From Candidatus Doudnabacteria bacterium (GTDB taxonomy: Bacteria; Patescibacteriota; Doudnabacteria; UBA920; 2-01-FULL-46-14): 64,000 bases of DNA. The stretch covers positions 143,672-207,671 of the forward strand of contig JBGQGB010000001.1 of assembly GCA_041497195.1 (NCBI GenBank), given 5' to 3'. Below are positions 9,147 to 18,554 of this stretch, one piece after another. A program made the translations under genes and the position numbers. The notes beneath the pieces were generated by a model. It made no database searches, was not told where the DNA came from, and saw only the letters and a program-made list of their open reading frames with translations. Position 1 is the first letter of the stretch; every line of letters begins with the position of its first letter.

Positions 9147-10304
9147 TTATTTCAAAAATGCGTAAAACAAAGTCATGATGCCAACAAGGCCGAAAACCCA
9201 AAAAATGCTGCCGCCGCTGGCCAAAATTGCAATGGCCGCTAGTGCGGTGACGACTTTTCCCACGGCCAGGCTGAATTCATAAAATACACTATAGGCAATC
9301 GCGTAATCCGCGCCCTTGCTGCTGCCACGCTCATAAGTGAGCGCCAGCATCGGTACGCTCACCACGTCTTTGCCCGCCTTCGTCAGGACATCAAAAGTCA
9401 GGACTGTCGACAGAGAGGTGGCCGCAAACCGCAATAACCAAGTCACTCCGTAAAAAATCGCGCTGGGAAAAATTATACTGCGCTTATCCTTGAAATCAGC
9501 AACGCGTCCTACGTACAACATTAACATAGTCCCGATTACAGTGGCAATCGTGCTGACCAAGCCGACATTCAGAACATCAGAGATAACAACGTACATGTAG
9601 ACCGGCCACAGACACATCACCATCAAATCCTCGGCATAGCCCCAGTAGCCAAAAAAATTACTCGGGTGTTTGCGGAAAACCTGCCACAGGTTGCGCAATC
9701 TAAATTCGTGGCGCGAATATACCTCGGGGCTGGTGAACAGCGGGTAAGCTGAAAAAAGCATAATAATCGACGCGCCAATGAACAAAAACAGAAACCCAAA
9801 TTGTTCGGAAATAAACCCGCCCAAAAACGGACCGAGAATAAACGCCAACTGCACGAGGGCTTCCAAAACGCCGATTTCTCGGCCCCTTTGCATCGCCCGC
9901 GAAGACAAAGACACTTCGGCATTGTAAGCCGGCCAAAACCACGATTTCTGAAGAGCGTAGAAAAAGGGCGCCGCAAAAATGAGCGCCGGATGAGCGCGAA
10001 CTGAAAACAAAATCAGCCAGTAAATAACGTAGAAAATATTCGCGACAAAGATCGAGTGTTTGTACCCGAAACGGCTGGCAAACTTGGCGCCCAAGGTGAC
10101 GAGCAAGGCGTATAGTACGTACACTTCCACGTAAAACCACATTATCCGGATCAAGCCATACCCGAGCGTATACAGATAAATCGGCTCGAAAATAAACACC
10201 AGAGAAATAGCGAGATTGTTCAAAAACGCGTTCCAATACACTTCTTCAACCTCGCGGTTCAAGTGCTTGGAAAAATAGTGGAATCGATATTTCATCTTAA
10301 GCAT
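9147..10304 (-). CDS. MFS transporter
   Basis: About 12 TM segments; GAKFASRFGYK and GRVADFKDKR loop motifs. Confidence 0.85.
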   Translation of the reverse strand: MLKMKYRFHYFSKHLNREVEEVYWNAFLNNLAISLVFIFEPIYLYTLGYGLIRIMWFYVEVYVLYALLVTLGAKFASRFGYKHSIFVANIFYVIYWLILFSVRAHPALIFAAPFFYALQKSWFWPAYNAEVSLSSRAMQRGREIGVLEALVQLAFILGPFLGGFISEQFGFLFLFIGASIIMLFSAYPLFTSPEVYSRHEFRLRNLWQVFRKHPSNFFGYWGYAEDLMVMCLWPVYMYVVISDVLNVGLVSTIATVIGTMLMLYVGRVADFKDKRSIIFPSAIFYGVTWLLRFAATSLSTVLTFDVLTKAGKDVVSVPMLALTYERGSSKGADYAIAYSVFYEFSLAVGKVVTALAAIAILASGGSIFWVFGLVGIMTLFYAFLK

Positions 10305-10929
10305 TGTGCAAGGCTTTGAGTATGAGTTTTTTACTCAGCGGCCCTTTGCGCAAAATCCTGATCTTACCATGTCGAATCTCAACGAGCGTGGATGGGCGTC
10401 TTTTGGGCAACCGGCCGGCATCCAAGTACAAATCAGGCTGCCGAATTTTGGTTTGAAATTCCTTCAGCGTTTCTGCAATCGAGTAGGGAGTACGCCCACC
10501 CGCAAAGTTCGCGCTAGTGGCCGTAATCGGCCGACCCAGCTTCCTCACCAAACTCAGGGCGATTTTGTTCTTGGGCATCCGAATGCCGAGCCTACCTGAG
10601 CCTGCCGAGAGTTTGCGGACTGAGGCTGGAATTTTTGGCTTGAGGGGCAGCACCAAACTCAAGGGACCTGGCAAAAAGTGACGAAACAAAGCCGTGGACT
10701 GCTCATCAAAAAAAACGTATTGTTTGGCCATCTGCAGTGAGGTCACGACCACGTGCACCGGTTTGGCAAAATTTCTCCCTTTCAAACGATAAAGCCTGGC
10801 CACCGCCCGCGAATTCAAAGCGTCGACCCCGAGTCCGTAAGCCGTGTCAGTGGGATATACCATACTACCTCCGGTGCGGAGGCAGCGTACCGCTTTTTCT
10901 ATTGCTTTTTGGTTTGGTTTGAGTATCAA
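10297..10929 (-). CDS. tsaC: L-threonylcarbamoyladenylate synthase (Sua5/YrdC)
   Basis: PTDTAYGL, LKGR, PGPLSL, TSAN, STLV. Confidence 0.93.
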   Translation of the reverse strand: MILKPNQKAIEKAVRCLRTGGSMVYPTDTAYGLGVDALNSRAVARLYRLKGRNFAKPVHVVVTSLQMAKQYVFFDEQSTALFRHFLPGPLSLVLPLKPKIPASVRKLSAGSGRLGIRMPKNKIALSLVRKLGRPITATSANFAGGRTPYSIAETLKEFQTKIRQPDLYLDAGRLPKRRPSTLVEIRHGKIRILRKGPLSKKLILKALHNA

Positions 10930-10944
10930 AACGGTGGAGTCTAA

Positions 10945-11637
10945 TTAGATACTGACTTGGGAATGATTGGTTAGATCATTCGGGGAGCCGACCTTGTGCC
11001 ACCACTGCGCTTTGACCACGCTGACTTTGGCTCCCTTTTTTACCATCTGCAAAAAAGTCTGCGGCAAACCATATTCAGTGGCCGGAATCCCAGCCGAGAC
11101 CAGCGGATAGTCAAAAAAAGTTTCGTCCAGAACGTATGCCCCAGTATTTACCATCACACCTCGCTGAGCCGGTTGCCTTTCCACAATATCGATGACCTGG
11201 CCGTAGTCATCGGTTTTGATCAGGCCGTTGCGGCCATCTTTGAGCGCGTCGTCGCGCATTTCCCATATCAAAATCGCCAGAGACTTTTTGACGAGCGCTT
11301 CCAAATCTTTTTTGTAATACAAATCATCACCCATGATGACCAAAAAACGGCCGTGCAATCTCCCTTTGCACATGGACAGCGCGTGCGCCGTGCCCTTGAG
11401 ATCTTTCTGTTGAACGTAAATAATTTTTTTACCCAAAAATTCATTTCCAATGAATGTTCGGATTTGCTCCTCCAAATAGCCAACTACCAAAACTACCTCA
11501 TCAATCTCATCCGGCATGGCTGTGAGGTTGTGCTCGAGAAGCGTACGATCTTGAATTTTCAAAAGCGGCTTTGGGGTATTTTTTGTCAGCTCCCCCATCC
11601 GGGTACCCAGACCTGCCGCTAGAATAACTGCTTGCAT
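10945..11637 (-). CDS. Sugar-phosphate nucleotidyltransferase (GlmU N-terminal-like)
   Basis: ILAAGLGTRM, PKPLL, GTAHA, MGDD. Confidence 0.88.
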   Translation of the reverse strand: MQAVILAAGLGTRMGELTKNTPKPLLKIQDRTLLEHNLTAMPDEIDEVVLVVGYLEEQIRTFIGNEFLGKKIIYVQQKDLKGTAHALSMCKGRLHGRFLVIMGDDLYYKKDLEALVKKSLAILIWEMRDDALKDGRNGLIKTDDYGQVIDIVERQPAQRGVMVNTGAYVLDETFFDYPLVSAGIPATEYGLPQTFLQMVKKGAKVSVVKAQWWHKVGSPNDLTNHSQVSI

Positions 11638-11648
11638 AAGTCGAGGGG

Positions 11649-14600
11649 CTACGTACCAACCACAAAATTAATAATCTTGCCTGGGACATAGATTACCTTG
11701 CGTACCGTCTTGCCGTCAAGGTATTTGGCCACATTCTCTTCTTTCAAAGCTTGCAGCTTTGCAGCATCTTCCCCCGCATTCACTGGAAGCTCTATCGTAG
11801 CGCGATGCTTGCCGTTGACCTGGACTGCAACAGATACCTTTTCTTCTTTGATGAGCTCCGGGTCATACTTTGGCCATTGTTCGAGTTGAATGGATTTTTT
11901 ATGGCCAAGTTCAGCCCAAAGCTCTTCAGTCAGGTGAGGTGCAAAAGGAAAAAGCAGTTTTAAAAAAATTTTCCAATCATTCTTACTTATGTCGTGGTAC
12001 TGATAATATTCCATAAAAGCAGCAACAGCAGTATTAAACTTAAACGCCTGAATATCCATTGTAATCTTCTTTATGAGCTTATGAATTTTAGGAGAATCGG
12101 GATGGCTGTTCTCCTGTGTATAAAAATTAGATACTCGACTCAAAAATCTGAATACACCTTTTATCCCATCAATATTCCACGGCTTTGCGTCCTCCAGAGG
12201 CCCCATAAACATTTCATACATCCGCATTGAGTCCGCGCCAAATTCCTCAACAATATCGTCAGGATTGATGACATTACCGCGCGATTTGCTCATCTTCTGC
12301 CCGTCAGGACCTAGAACCAGCCCTTGATTTCGCAGTTTCAAAAATGGCTCGTCAAAGTTGAGATATCCCAAATCGCGCAAAACTTTGCAGAAAAACCGGG
12401 CATACATCAGATGCAGAACCGCGTGCTCTGCCCCGCCAACATACACATCCACCGGACACCATTTGGCGATTTCTTTGGCTGACGCAAACTCTTTTGCGTT
12501 GTTCGGATCAGTGTAGCGCAGCCAATACCAGGACGAATCAACAAAAGTGTCCATGGTATCAGTCTCCCGACGAGCTGCCTTGCCGCAATTTGGACACTTC
12601 ACCTTATTGAAAGATTTTGATCGTGCTAGTGGTGACTCTCCAGTCGGCTGAAAATCCACGTCTGTTGGAAGTGTGACAGGGAGGTCTTTTTCCGGCACTG
12701 CCTGCATGCCGCAATCGTGGCAATAAATGATGGGGATGGGAGCTCCCCAATACCGCTGCCGGCTGATCAACCAATCGCGAAGTTTGAATTGAACGGCTCT
12801 ACTACCGATTTCATTTTTTTCTAACCATTCAATAACTTTATTCTTCGCCTCACGGACTGTTAGGCCATTCAAAAAATCAGAATTTATTACCTTAGCCTCC
12901 CAGTCATCATGAACAAATGGGGTATGCTCTATATATTTAAAACCCCCGGCCTTTATCTCTTTAAAGACTTTTTTCTTTGCTTCCTCGGTATTAAATTCAA
13001 ATGCATGGAACCACCTATTAAAATAGCGTGTGGCACTATACCGCGGGTAATCCTCTATGCTAACCTTTTCCTTAGTAATTATTTCTTGCAATTTGATCAT
13101 CTTCGCCTGCTGCTCTGTGCTCCCAATAAGCTCAATACTAATTCCATCATTTACTTTTCTAATATTTATTCCTTGCTGGGTAGCAAACTCCCAATCTCTA
13201 AAATCATGTGCAGGCACGGCCATGATGGCGCCAGTGCCATAATTCATCAAAACATAATCAGCTATCCAGACTGGGATTTTTTCTTTGGTTGCTGGATTGA
13301 TCGCCCACACCCCTTTGAGCTCGACTCCGATTTTGTCTTTTTCCAGAGCTGTTCTTTGGAGTTCTGTTTTACTCTTTGCCTGCTCGATATATTTTTCGAC
13401 CTCTTGAAAATTGGAAATTGAAAATTGCAAATTCTTCACCTGCGGGTTCTCTGGAGCCAAAACCATATAGGTTGCTCCAAATATTGTATCGGGTCGAGTG
13501 GTAAAAACTTTGATGGAATTTTTGACCGCATTCAAAACTTCCAGCTCCTCTTTCCCCTTCACATGAGGCTTCGAGGCTCTGAATTTTACCAAACTGCCTC
13601 CTAGTTTTTCTTTCAAGGCCAAAGAAGCTGATTCTGGCACGATCTGATCGCTTTCATCCTGCAAAATGACGATTTGCTTCGCGTTCTTCTTTATGGCTTC
13701 AAAATCAAAATTCCAGTTCAGCTCCTTTTCAAACGACCGGGCCTTGTCCAAAAATTTTGGGGTTAGAAAACTCCCAACCAAGACTAGCTTGGAAATAGGC
13801 TGTTTCAATTTTTCCAGCATTTTGAGAGCCATCACGCCACCCAGACTGTGCCCGATCAAAACCGAACCTTCATCCAGGCGGGATTTCTGCAAAAGATCGG
13901 CGATTATTTCATTTTCCGGATATTTTTCCGTTCTTTTGTATACTATTGTTTGCGCTCTGGCTCCAGTGGATTGTAAACTTTTGGTTAACCAGGGATAAAA
14001 ATTATCTTGTTCGCTACTAGTCCAGCCCGGCAGGACAATATAGTTGGATTTTATGGCAAGCGGAAACTCAATCTCCGCTCCTTCGCTTCTTCCGATCCAA
14101 TTCCGTTGCATGGTCTTAATCGGCTCCGGCCAGTCTATCTTCTCTAAGCCGTCCAGCAACTCATCCGCATAGTCAGTAATTTTATAAAACCACTGCGATA
14201 GAAGCTTCTGCACAACCTGCGTGCCGCAACGCTCGCAGCGACCAGCGATGACTTGCTCATTCGCCAAAACTGTCTGGTCTTTGGGGCACCAGTTCACATA
14301 AGCTTCTTTGCGATACGCCAGACCCTTCTCGTAAAATTTCAGGAACAGCCACTGCGTCCATTTATAATATTCCGGATCCGAAGTATTTACTTCCCGGTCC
14401 CAGTCGTAGGACAGCCCCAGGGACTGAATCTGCTGTCTGAATCTTTTGATATTGGCCGCGGTTGATTTGGCCGGGTGAATTTTTTCTTTGATCGCATAAT
14501 TCTCGGCCGGCAACCCAAAAGCATCCCAACCCATCGGGTGCAGGACGTCATAGCCGTTCATGCGCAGATACCGTGAATAGATGTCAGTCGCGGTATAACC

Positions 14601-14762
14601 TTCGGGATGGCCGACGTGCAGCCCCGCGCCCGAGGGATAAGGAAACATATCCAGGATATATTTCTTTTTCTTCCCCGGATTTTTCGGCGTGGCGTAGAGC
14701 TTCTGCTCTGCCCATTTCTTCTGCCACTTTTTTTCAATTTTGCTGTGATTGTACTTGGTCAT
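11649..14762 (-). CDS. leuS: Leucine--tRNA ligase with inserted alpha/beta hydrolase domain
   Basis: MFPYPSGAGLHVGH, TTRPDT, GTGAIMAVPAHD, SRQRYWG, KMSKS; 1037 aa, lengthened by insertions. Confidence 0.97.
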   Translation of the reverse strand: MTKYNHSKIEKKWQKKWAEQKLYATPKNPGKKKKYILDMFPYPSGAGLHVGHPEGYTATDIYSRYLRMNGYDVLHPMGWDAFGLPAENYAIKEKIHPAKSTAANIKRFRQQIQSLGLSYDWDREVNTSDPEYYKWTQWLFLKFYEKGLAYRKEAYVNWCPKDQTVLANEQVIAGRCERCGTQVVQKLLSQWFYKITDYADELLDGLEKIDWPEPIKTMQRNWIGRSEGAEIEFPLAIKSNYIVLPGWTSSEQDNFYPWLTKSLQSTGARAQTIVYKRTEKYPENEIIADLLQKSRLDEGSVLIGHSLGGVMALKMLEKLKQPISKLVLVGSFLTPKFLDKARSFEKELNWNFDFEAIKKNAKQIVILQDESDQIVPESASLALKEKLGGSLVKFRASKPHVKGKEELEVLNAVKNSIKVFTTRPDTIFGATYMVLAPENPQVKNLQFSISNFQEVEKYIEQAKSKTELQRTALEKDKIGVELKGVWAINPATKEKIPVWIADYVLMNYGTGAIMAVPAHDFRDWEFATQQGINIRKVNDGISIELIGSTEQQAKMIKLQEIITKEKVSIEDYPRYSATRYFNRWFHAFEFNTEEAKKKVFKEIKAGGFKYIEHTPFVHDDWEAKVINSDFLNGLTVREAKNKVIEWLEKNEIGSRAVQFKLRDWLISRQRYWGAPIPIIYCHDCGMQAVPEKDLPVTLPTDVDFQPTGESPLARSKSFNKVKCPNCGKAARRETDTMDTFVDSSWYWLRYTDPNNAKEFASAKEIAKWCPVDVYVGGAEHAVLHLMYARFFCKVLRDLGYLNFDEPFLKLRNQGLVLGPDGQKMSKSRGNVINPDDIVEEFGADSMRMYEMFMGPLEDAKPWNIDGIKGVFRFLSRVSNFYTQENSHPDSPKIHKLIKKITMDIQAFKFNTAVAAFMEYYQYHDISKNDWKIFLKLLFPFAPHLTEELWAELGHKKSIQLEQWPKYDPELIKEEKVSVAVQVNGKHRATIELPVNAGEDAAKLQALKEENVAKYLDGKTVRKVIYVPGKIINFVVGT

Positions 14763-15526
14763 CGCTTTTTCAAGCTAAGTTCTTTCATAATTTTCGAATG
14801 CAAAACCGGATTGGCGGCGAAGATCGACTCCGAATTCCATTTGTAAGATTTTCCAAATATATCGGTGACTTTAGCGCCTGCTTCTCCCGCAATAAGTGCG
14901 CCCGGTGCGTAATCCCAGATTTCACCAATAGTGTTAATATCGAAATCAATCCGGCCAGCCGCCACCCAGGCCAGGGTCAAACCGCCGGAAGCGAGCGAAT
15001 TATCCCAAATGTCGAAATCTAAAATCAGTCTTTGGAGCTTTTGAGACAGCGTCGGGGATGGCCGATCACGGCCCCAGACAATGGCTGCAAGCGAGGACTC
15101 TATCTTATCTACTGAATTCACCCTGATTCGCTGATTGTTCAAAAAAGCACCTCGGCCTTTTGTTGCAAAGAAATATTCGTCGTGGATCGGGTCATAAACC
15201 GCGCCGACTTCAATCCTCCCGTGCTTCACGAAAGCAAGCATGGTACAAAAGACGGGAATTCCCCTTGCAAAATTTCTCGTCCCGTCCAAAGGATCAACTA
15301 TCCAGAATTGATTTTTATCTCCCTTGAATCCCGTTTCTTCTCCCAGTATTCCGTGGCCAGGAAAACGCTTGTGGAGCTTATCCGCCACAAATTTTTCAGC
15401 AGCCAGATCATACTGCGTGGTAATATCCCAAAATCCATTTTTTTCCTTAATTCGGAGTTTCTTGCCGAACCCCTCCCGCAAAATCGCTCCGGCGCCTTTG
15501 GCTAAATTTTTGATGAAAGTTTCCAT
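14759..15526 (-). CDS. Inositol monophosphatase family (SuhB-like), copy 1
   Basis: GEE, DPLDGTRNF, WDYA. Confidence 0.92.
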   Translation of the reverse strand: METFIKNLAKGAGAILREGFGKKLRIKEKNGFWDITTQYDLAAEKFVADKLHKRFPGHGILGEETGFKGDKNQFWIVDPLDGTRNFARGIPVFCTMLAFVKHGRIEVGAVYDPIHDEYFFATKGRGAFLNNQRIRVNSVDKIESSLAAIVWGRDRPSPTLSQKLQRLILDFDIWDNSLASGGLTLAWVAAGRIDFDINTIGEIWDYAPGALIAGEAGAKVTDIFGKSYKWNSESIFAANPVLHSKIMKELSLKKR

Positions 15527-16281
15527 TATTTTAGCTCCCGCATTATTTTACGATGCAAAAGCGGACTTGCCGCTACGATACTTCGTGAACTCCAATCATA
15601 TTTCTCGCCATTCAACTGAGAAATTTGGCCACCTGCCGCTTTGACCATCAAACTACCTGCCACATAATCCCACGGGCTGGCGCCGCTAAAAATTGCTAAA
15701 TCGAAACGTCCGCTCGCCACGTAAGCAAGAGACAATGCAGCCGTGGAAATATAAGCATTCCACAATTTCGTCCGCAAAACAAAAGCCTGGAGCCGAGCCT
15801 GCAGTCTGCTTGTCATCACATCGGGACTTTGCTCTACAGAACCTAGCGCCGATTGCAAATGCCTTTGCTTGCTCACAAAAATCTTTTTTCCGTTCAAAAA
15901 AGCGCCGCCGTTTTTCTTGGCAAAAAAAAGCTCTTGTGCCATTGGATTATAGATTGCGGCGTATATCGGGATATTTTCTTCCAAAAAACAAATCGCAACG
16001 CAAAATATCGGTATTCCGCGGGAAAAATTGAGCGTTCCATCGAGAGGATCAATAACCCACATATACCTCCCTACTGTGCGATGCGTTTTTTCTTCTGAAT
16101 AGATGGAATGACCTGGAAATTTTTTGCGAATTGTGTCAATCAAAAACTTTTCTGACGCCAAATCATATTTAGTAACGACATCACGCGCACCTTTTTTTTG
16201 ACCGATATTAATTTTCTTGCCAAGCCCGCCCCGCAAAATGGCTCCAGCGCCTTTGGCTAAATTTTTGATGAAAGTTTCCAT
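15526..16281 (-). CDS. Inositol monophosphatase family (SuhB-like), copy 2
   Basis: SEE, DPLDGTLNF, WDYV. Confidence 0.92.
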   Translation of the reverse strand: METFIKNLAKGAGAILRGGLGKKINIGQKKGARDVVTKYDLASEKFLIDTIRKKFPGHSIYSEEKTHRTVGRYMWVIDPLDGTLNFSRGIPIFCVAICFLEENIPIYAAIYNPMAQELFFAKKNGGAFLNGKKIFVSKQRHLQSALGSVEQSPDVMTSRLQARLQAFVLRTKLWNAYISTAALSLAYVASGRFDLAIFSGASPWDYVAGSLMVKAAGGQISQLNGEKYDWSSRSIVAASPLLHRKIMRELK

Positions 16282-17106
16282 CTAGATTTGAAATAATTCT
16301 CTGGCATTCTTGGTCGTCGCTTCCTCTACTTCCGCGACTTCAACTTTTTTCCATTCCGCGATTTTTTGCGCCACGTATTTTACATAGGCCGGCTCATTGC
16401 GCTTGCCGCGAAACGGCACTGGCGTCAGGTAGGGTGCGTCTGTTTCCACCAAAATCCGCTCGAGCGGACAATTTTTGACCACCTCTTCGCTTCGGCCGGT
16501 CTTATCAAAAGTGATAATGCCATTGAGAGCGATGTACAATCCCAAATCAGTAAACTTTTTCGCTTGCGCCCAGGTGCCAGTAAAACTGTGGACCTCTCCC
16601 GGTCCGTCATAATGAGTTTGTAAAATCTCAAACAAATCGTCATACGCATCGCGGCAGTGGATCATCACAGGCTTGCCCGTCTCCTTGGCCAGCAACAAAT
16701 GCTGCTTCACGACTTCTTCCTGGATTTTGCGAACTGTGGCCGGATCCTCGTTTGGCGGCATCCGGTAATAGTCCAGGCCAAACTCCCCTATGGCTACGAC
16801 CTTGATACTCCGGCTGACCAAATCCTTGTAGCTATCAGCGTTGAACTCCTCCCCTCGGGTGCGAAAACTGGTTTCCTCCTCATCCACGTGATGCTCAAAC
16901 AGGTGGATGGGGTGCAAGCCCACGGCCGCATAGACTCCGTCAGAATATCCCTCAGCCATCTCGACCGCTCGGCGGCTGGTCTCAAATTGGGTACCCACGT
17001 TCACGAGCCAAATATCCTCAGCAAGGCTTCGTTCCACTGCCGCATCCGCATCTCCGCGAAACGCCTGGAAATTAACATGTGTATGAGTGTCAATCAGTCG
17101 CGGCAT
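16282..17106 (-). CDS. tatD: TatD family nuclease
   Basis: DTHTH, GLHP, GEFGLDY, IHCRDA, HSF, ETDAPY. Confidence 0.95.
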   Translation of the reverse strand: MPRLIDTHTHVNFQAFRGDADAAVERSLAEDIWLVNVGTQFETSRRAVEMAEGYSDGVYAAVGLHPIHLFEHHVDEEETSFRTRGEEFNADSYKDLVSRSIKVVAIGEFGLDYYRMPPNEDPATVRKIQEEVVKQHLLLAKETGKPVMIHCRDAYDDLFEILQTHYDGPGEVHSFTGTWAQAKKFTDLGLYIALNGIITFDKTGRSEEVVKNCPLERILVETDAPYLTPVPFRGKRNEPAYVKYVAQKIAEWKKVEVAEVEEATTKNARELFQI

Positions 17107-17108
17107 AA

Positions 17109-18554
17109 TTATTTCTCCAAACGCGGAAACAGCGGCTCGGCTTTCGCCACTCTTTCCGCGGACAAACCGCTCCGGATCGCTTCCGCAGTTTCGGGCATGT
17201 AGGGCGCTAATTTTTTGGCAACCTCATAAAGCAGCGCCACTAGATTGGAAATGACTTCCTCAAAAAGTTTGGGATTTTTTTTCGCGCTCTCCCACGGCTT
17301 CGTCTCGTCTATGTATTTATTGGCCCAGGCCACCTCTTCCCAAATCCGCGCCAGTGCTTCGTGGAAGCGAAACTCCTGCAACATTTCATCGACTTCATCA
17401 AACGATCGCGGACTATGGACCATGTCAGGCAAATGCCCGTCCAAATTATTCGCAATCAAGGTGGTCAACCGGCTGAACAAATTCCCGAGCCCGTTGGCCA
17501 GATCCCCTTCGTAACGAGCTGCGAGTTTCTCCAGAGAAAAATCGCCATCTTGCCCAAACGGGATCTCGCGCAACAGAAAATATCGAACAGTATCGGCCCC
17601 GTATTTTGCCACCAAATCATTGGGATCAATGACATTGCCCAGAGATTTGCTGATTTTCTGACCGTTGATGGTGAAAAAACCGTGCGCAAAGACTTTTTTC
17701 GGCCAGGGTATGCCGGCAGCTTCCAAAAGCGCAGGCCAAATGATGCAATGAAAACGGGTAATGTCTTTTCCGACAATATGAACGTCGGCGGGCCAAAACT
17801 GCTTGTATTTTTCACCCTCTGGAAAGCCGAGAACGGAAATATAGTTGAACAGCGCGTCCACCCAGACATAAACAGTCTGCGACTGGTCCCACGGGACCTT
17901 AATACCCCACTTTACGTTCGGCCGGCTGATCGCCACGTCTTCCAACCCTTGTTCAATAAAAGCGATGATTTCGTTGCGACGCGACTCCGGTTCTATGATA
18001 AATTCACCAACCCTGATCCGCTCTTCCAAAATTTGCCCGTAGTCCGAAAGCTTGAAAAACCAATTTTTTTCTTTGAGCAACTCGGGTTTGGTTTTGTGGT
18101 CAGGACAGAGGCCATTCGCGTCCAAATCCCCCTCTCTGAGGAAGGCTTCGTGTCCCACGCAATACAATCCCTGATATTCGCCCTCGTAGACTTTTCCGGA
18201 CTTTTTCAAAAGTTCGAGGAACTGTATCACCGCCCGCTCGTGCCGCTTCTCAGTCGTGCGGATGAAATCGTCCGGCGCTATGCCTAGGCTATTCCAGGCG
18301 AAAGAAAATTTGGCTGACATTTCATGAGTGAACTCCTCCGGGGTTTTGCCGGCGGCTTTTGCCGCTCGCTCGATTTTCGAGCCGTGCTCGTCAGTGCCAG
18401 TCAAAAAGAAAGTCGGCGTCCCGGAAAAACGATAAAACCGCGCCAACACGTCAGCGGCAATGGTCGTGTAAGCCGTGCCAATATGCGGCTTGTCGTTGAC
18501 ATAGTATATAGGCGTGGTGATGTAGAATTTTTCTGGTTTGGTGATTTCAGGCAT
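17109..18554 (-). CDS. metG: Methionine--tRNA ligase (short MetRS1)
   Basis: FYITTPIYYVN, PHIG, TGTDEHG, YVWVDAL, GKDI, KISKSLGN. Confidence 0.97.
   Translation of the reverse strand: MPEITKPEKFYITTPIYYVNDKPHIGTAYTTIAADVLARFYRFSGTPTFFLTGTDEHGSKIERAAKAAGKTPEEFTHEMSAKFSFAWNSLGIAPDDFIRTTEKRHERAVIQFLELLKKSGKVYEGEYQGLYCVGHEAFLREGDLDANGLCPDHKTKPELLKEKNWFFKLSDYGQILEERIRVGEFIIEPESRRNEIIAFIEQGLEDVAISRPNVKWGIKVPWDQSQTVYVWVDALFNYISVLGFPEGEKYKQFWPADVHIVGKDITRFHCIIWPALLEAAGIPWPKKVFAHGFFTINGQKISKSLGNVIDPNDLVAKYGADTVRYFLLREIPFGQDGDFSLEKLAARYEGDLANGLGNLFSRLTTLIANNLDGHLPDMVHSPRSFDEVDEMLQEFRFHEALARIWEEVAWANKYIDETKPWESAKKNPKLFEEVISNLVALLYEVAKKLAPYMPETAEAIRSGLSAERVAKAEPLFPRLEK

Noticed and set aside
13515-14054. 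Intein as explanation of the LeuRS insert
   Set aside because: No N-terminal Cys/Ser with C-terminal His-Asn, and no LAGLIDADG motif; it has hydrolase motifs instead
17361-18287. 308-aa antisense ORF, and similar long ones at 20253-21134, 24050-24817, 24839-25609 and 48731-49552
   Set aside because: They mirror well-supported genes on the opposite strand and show no motifs
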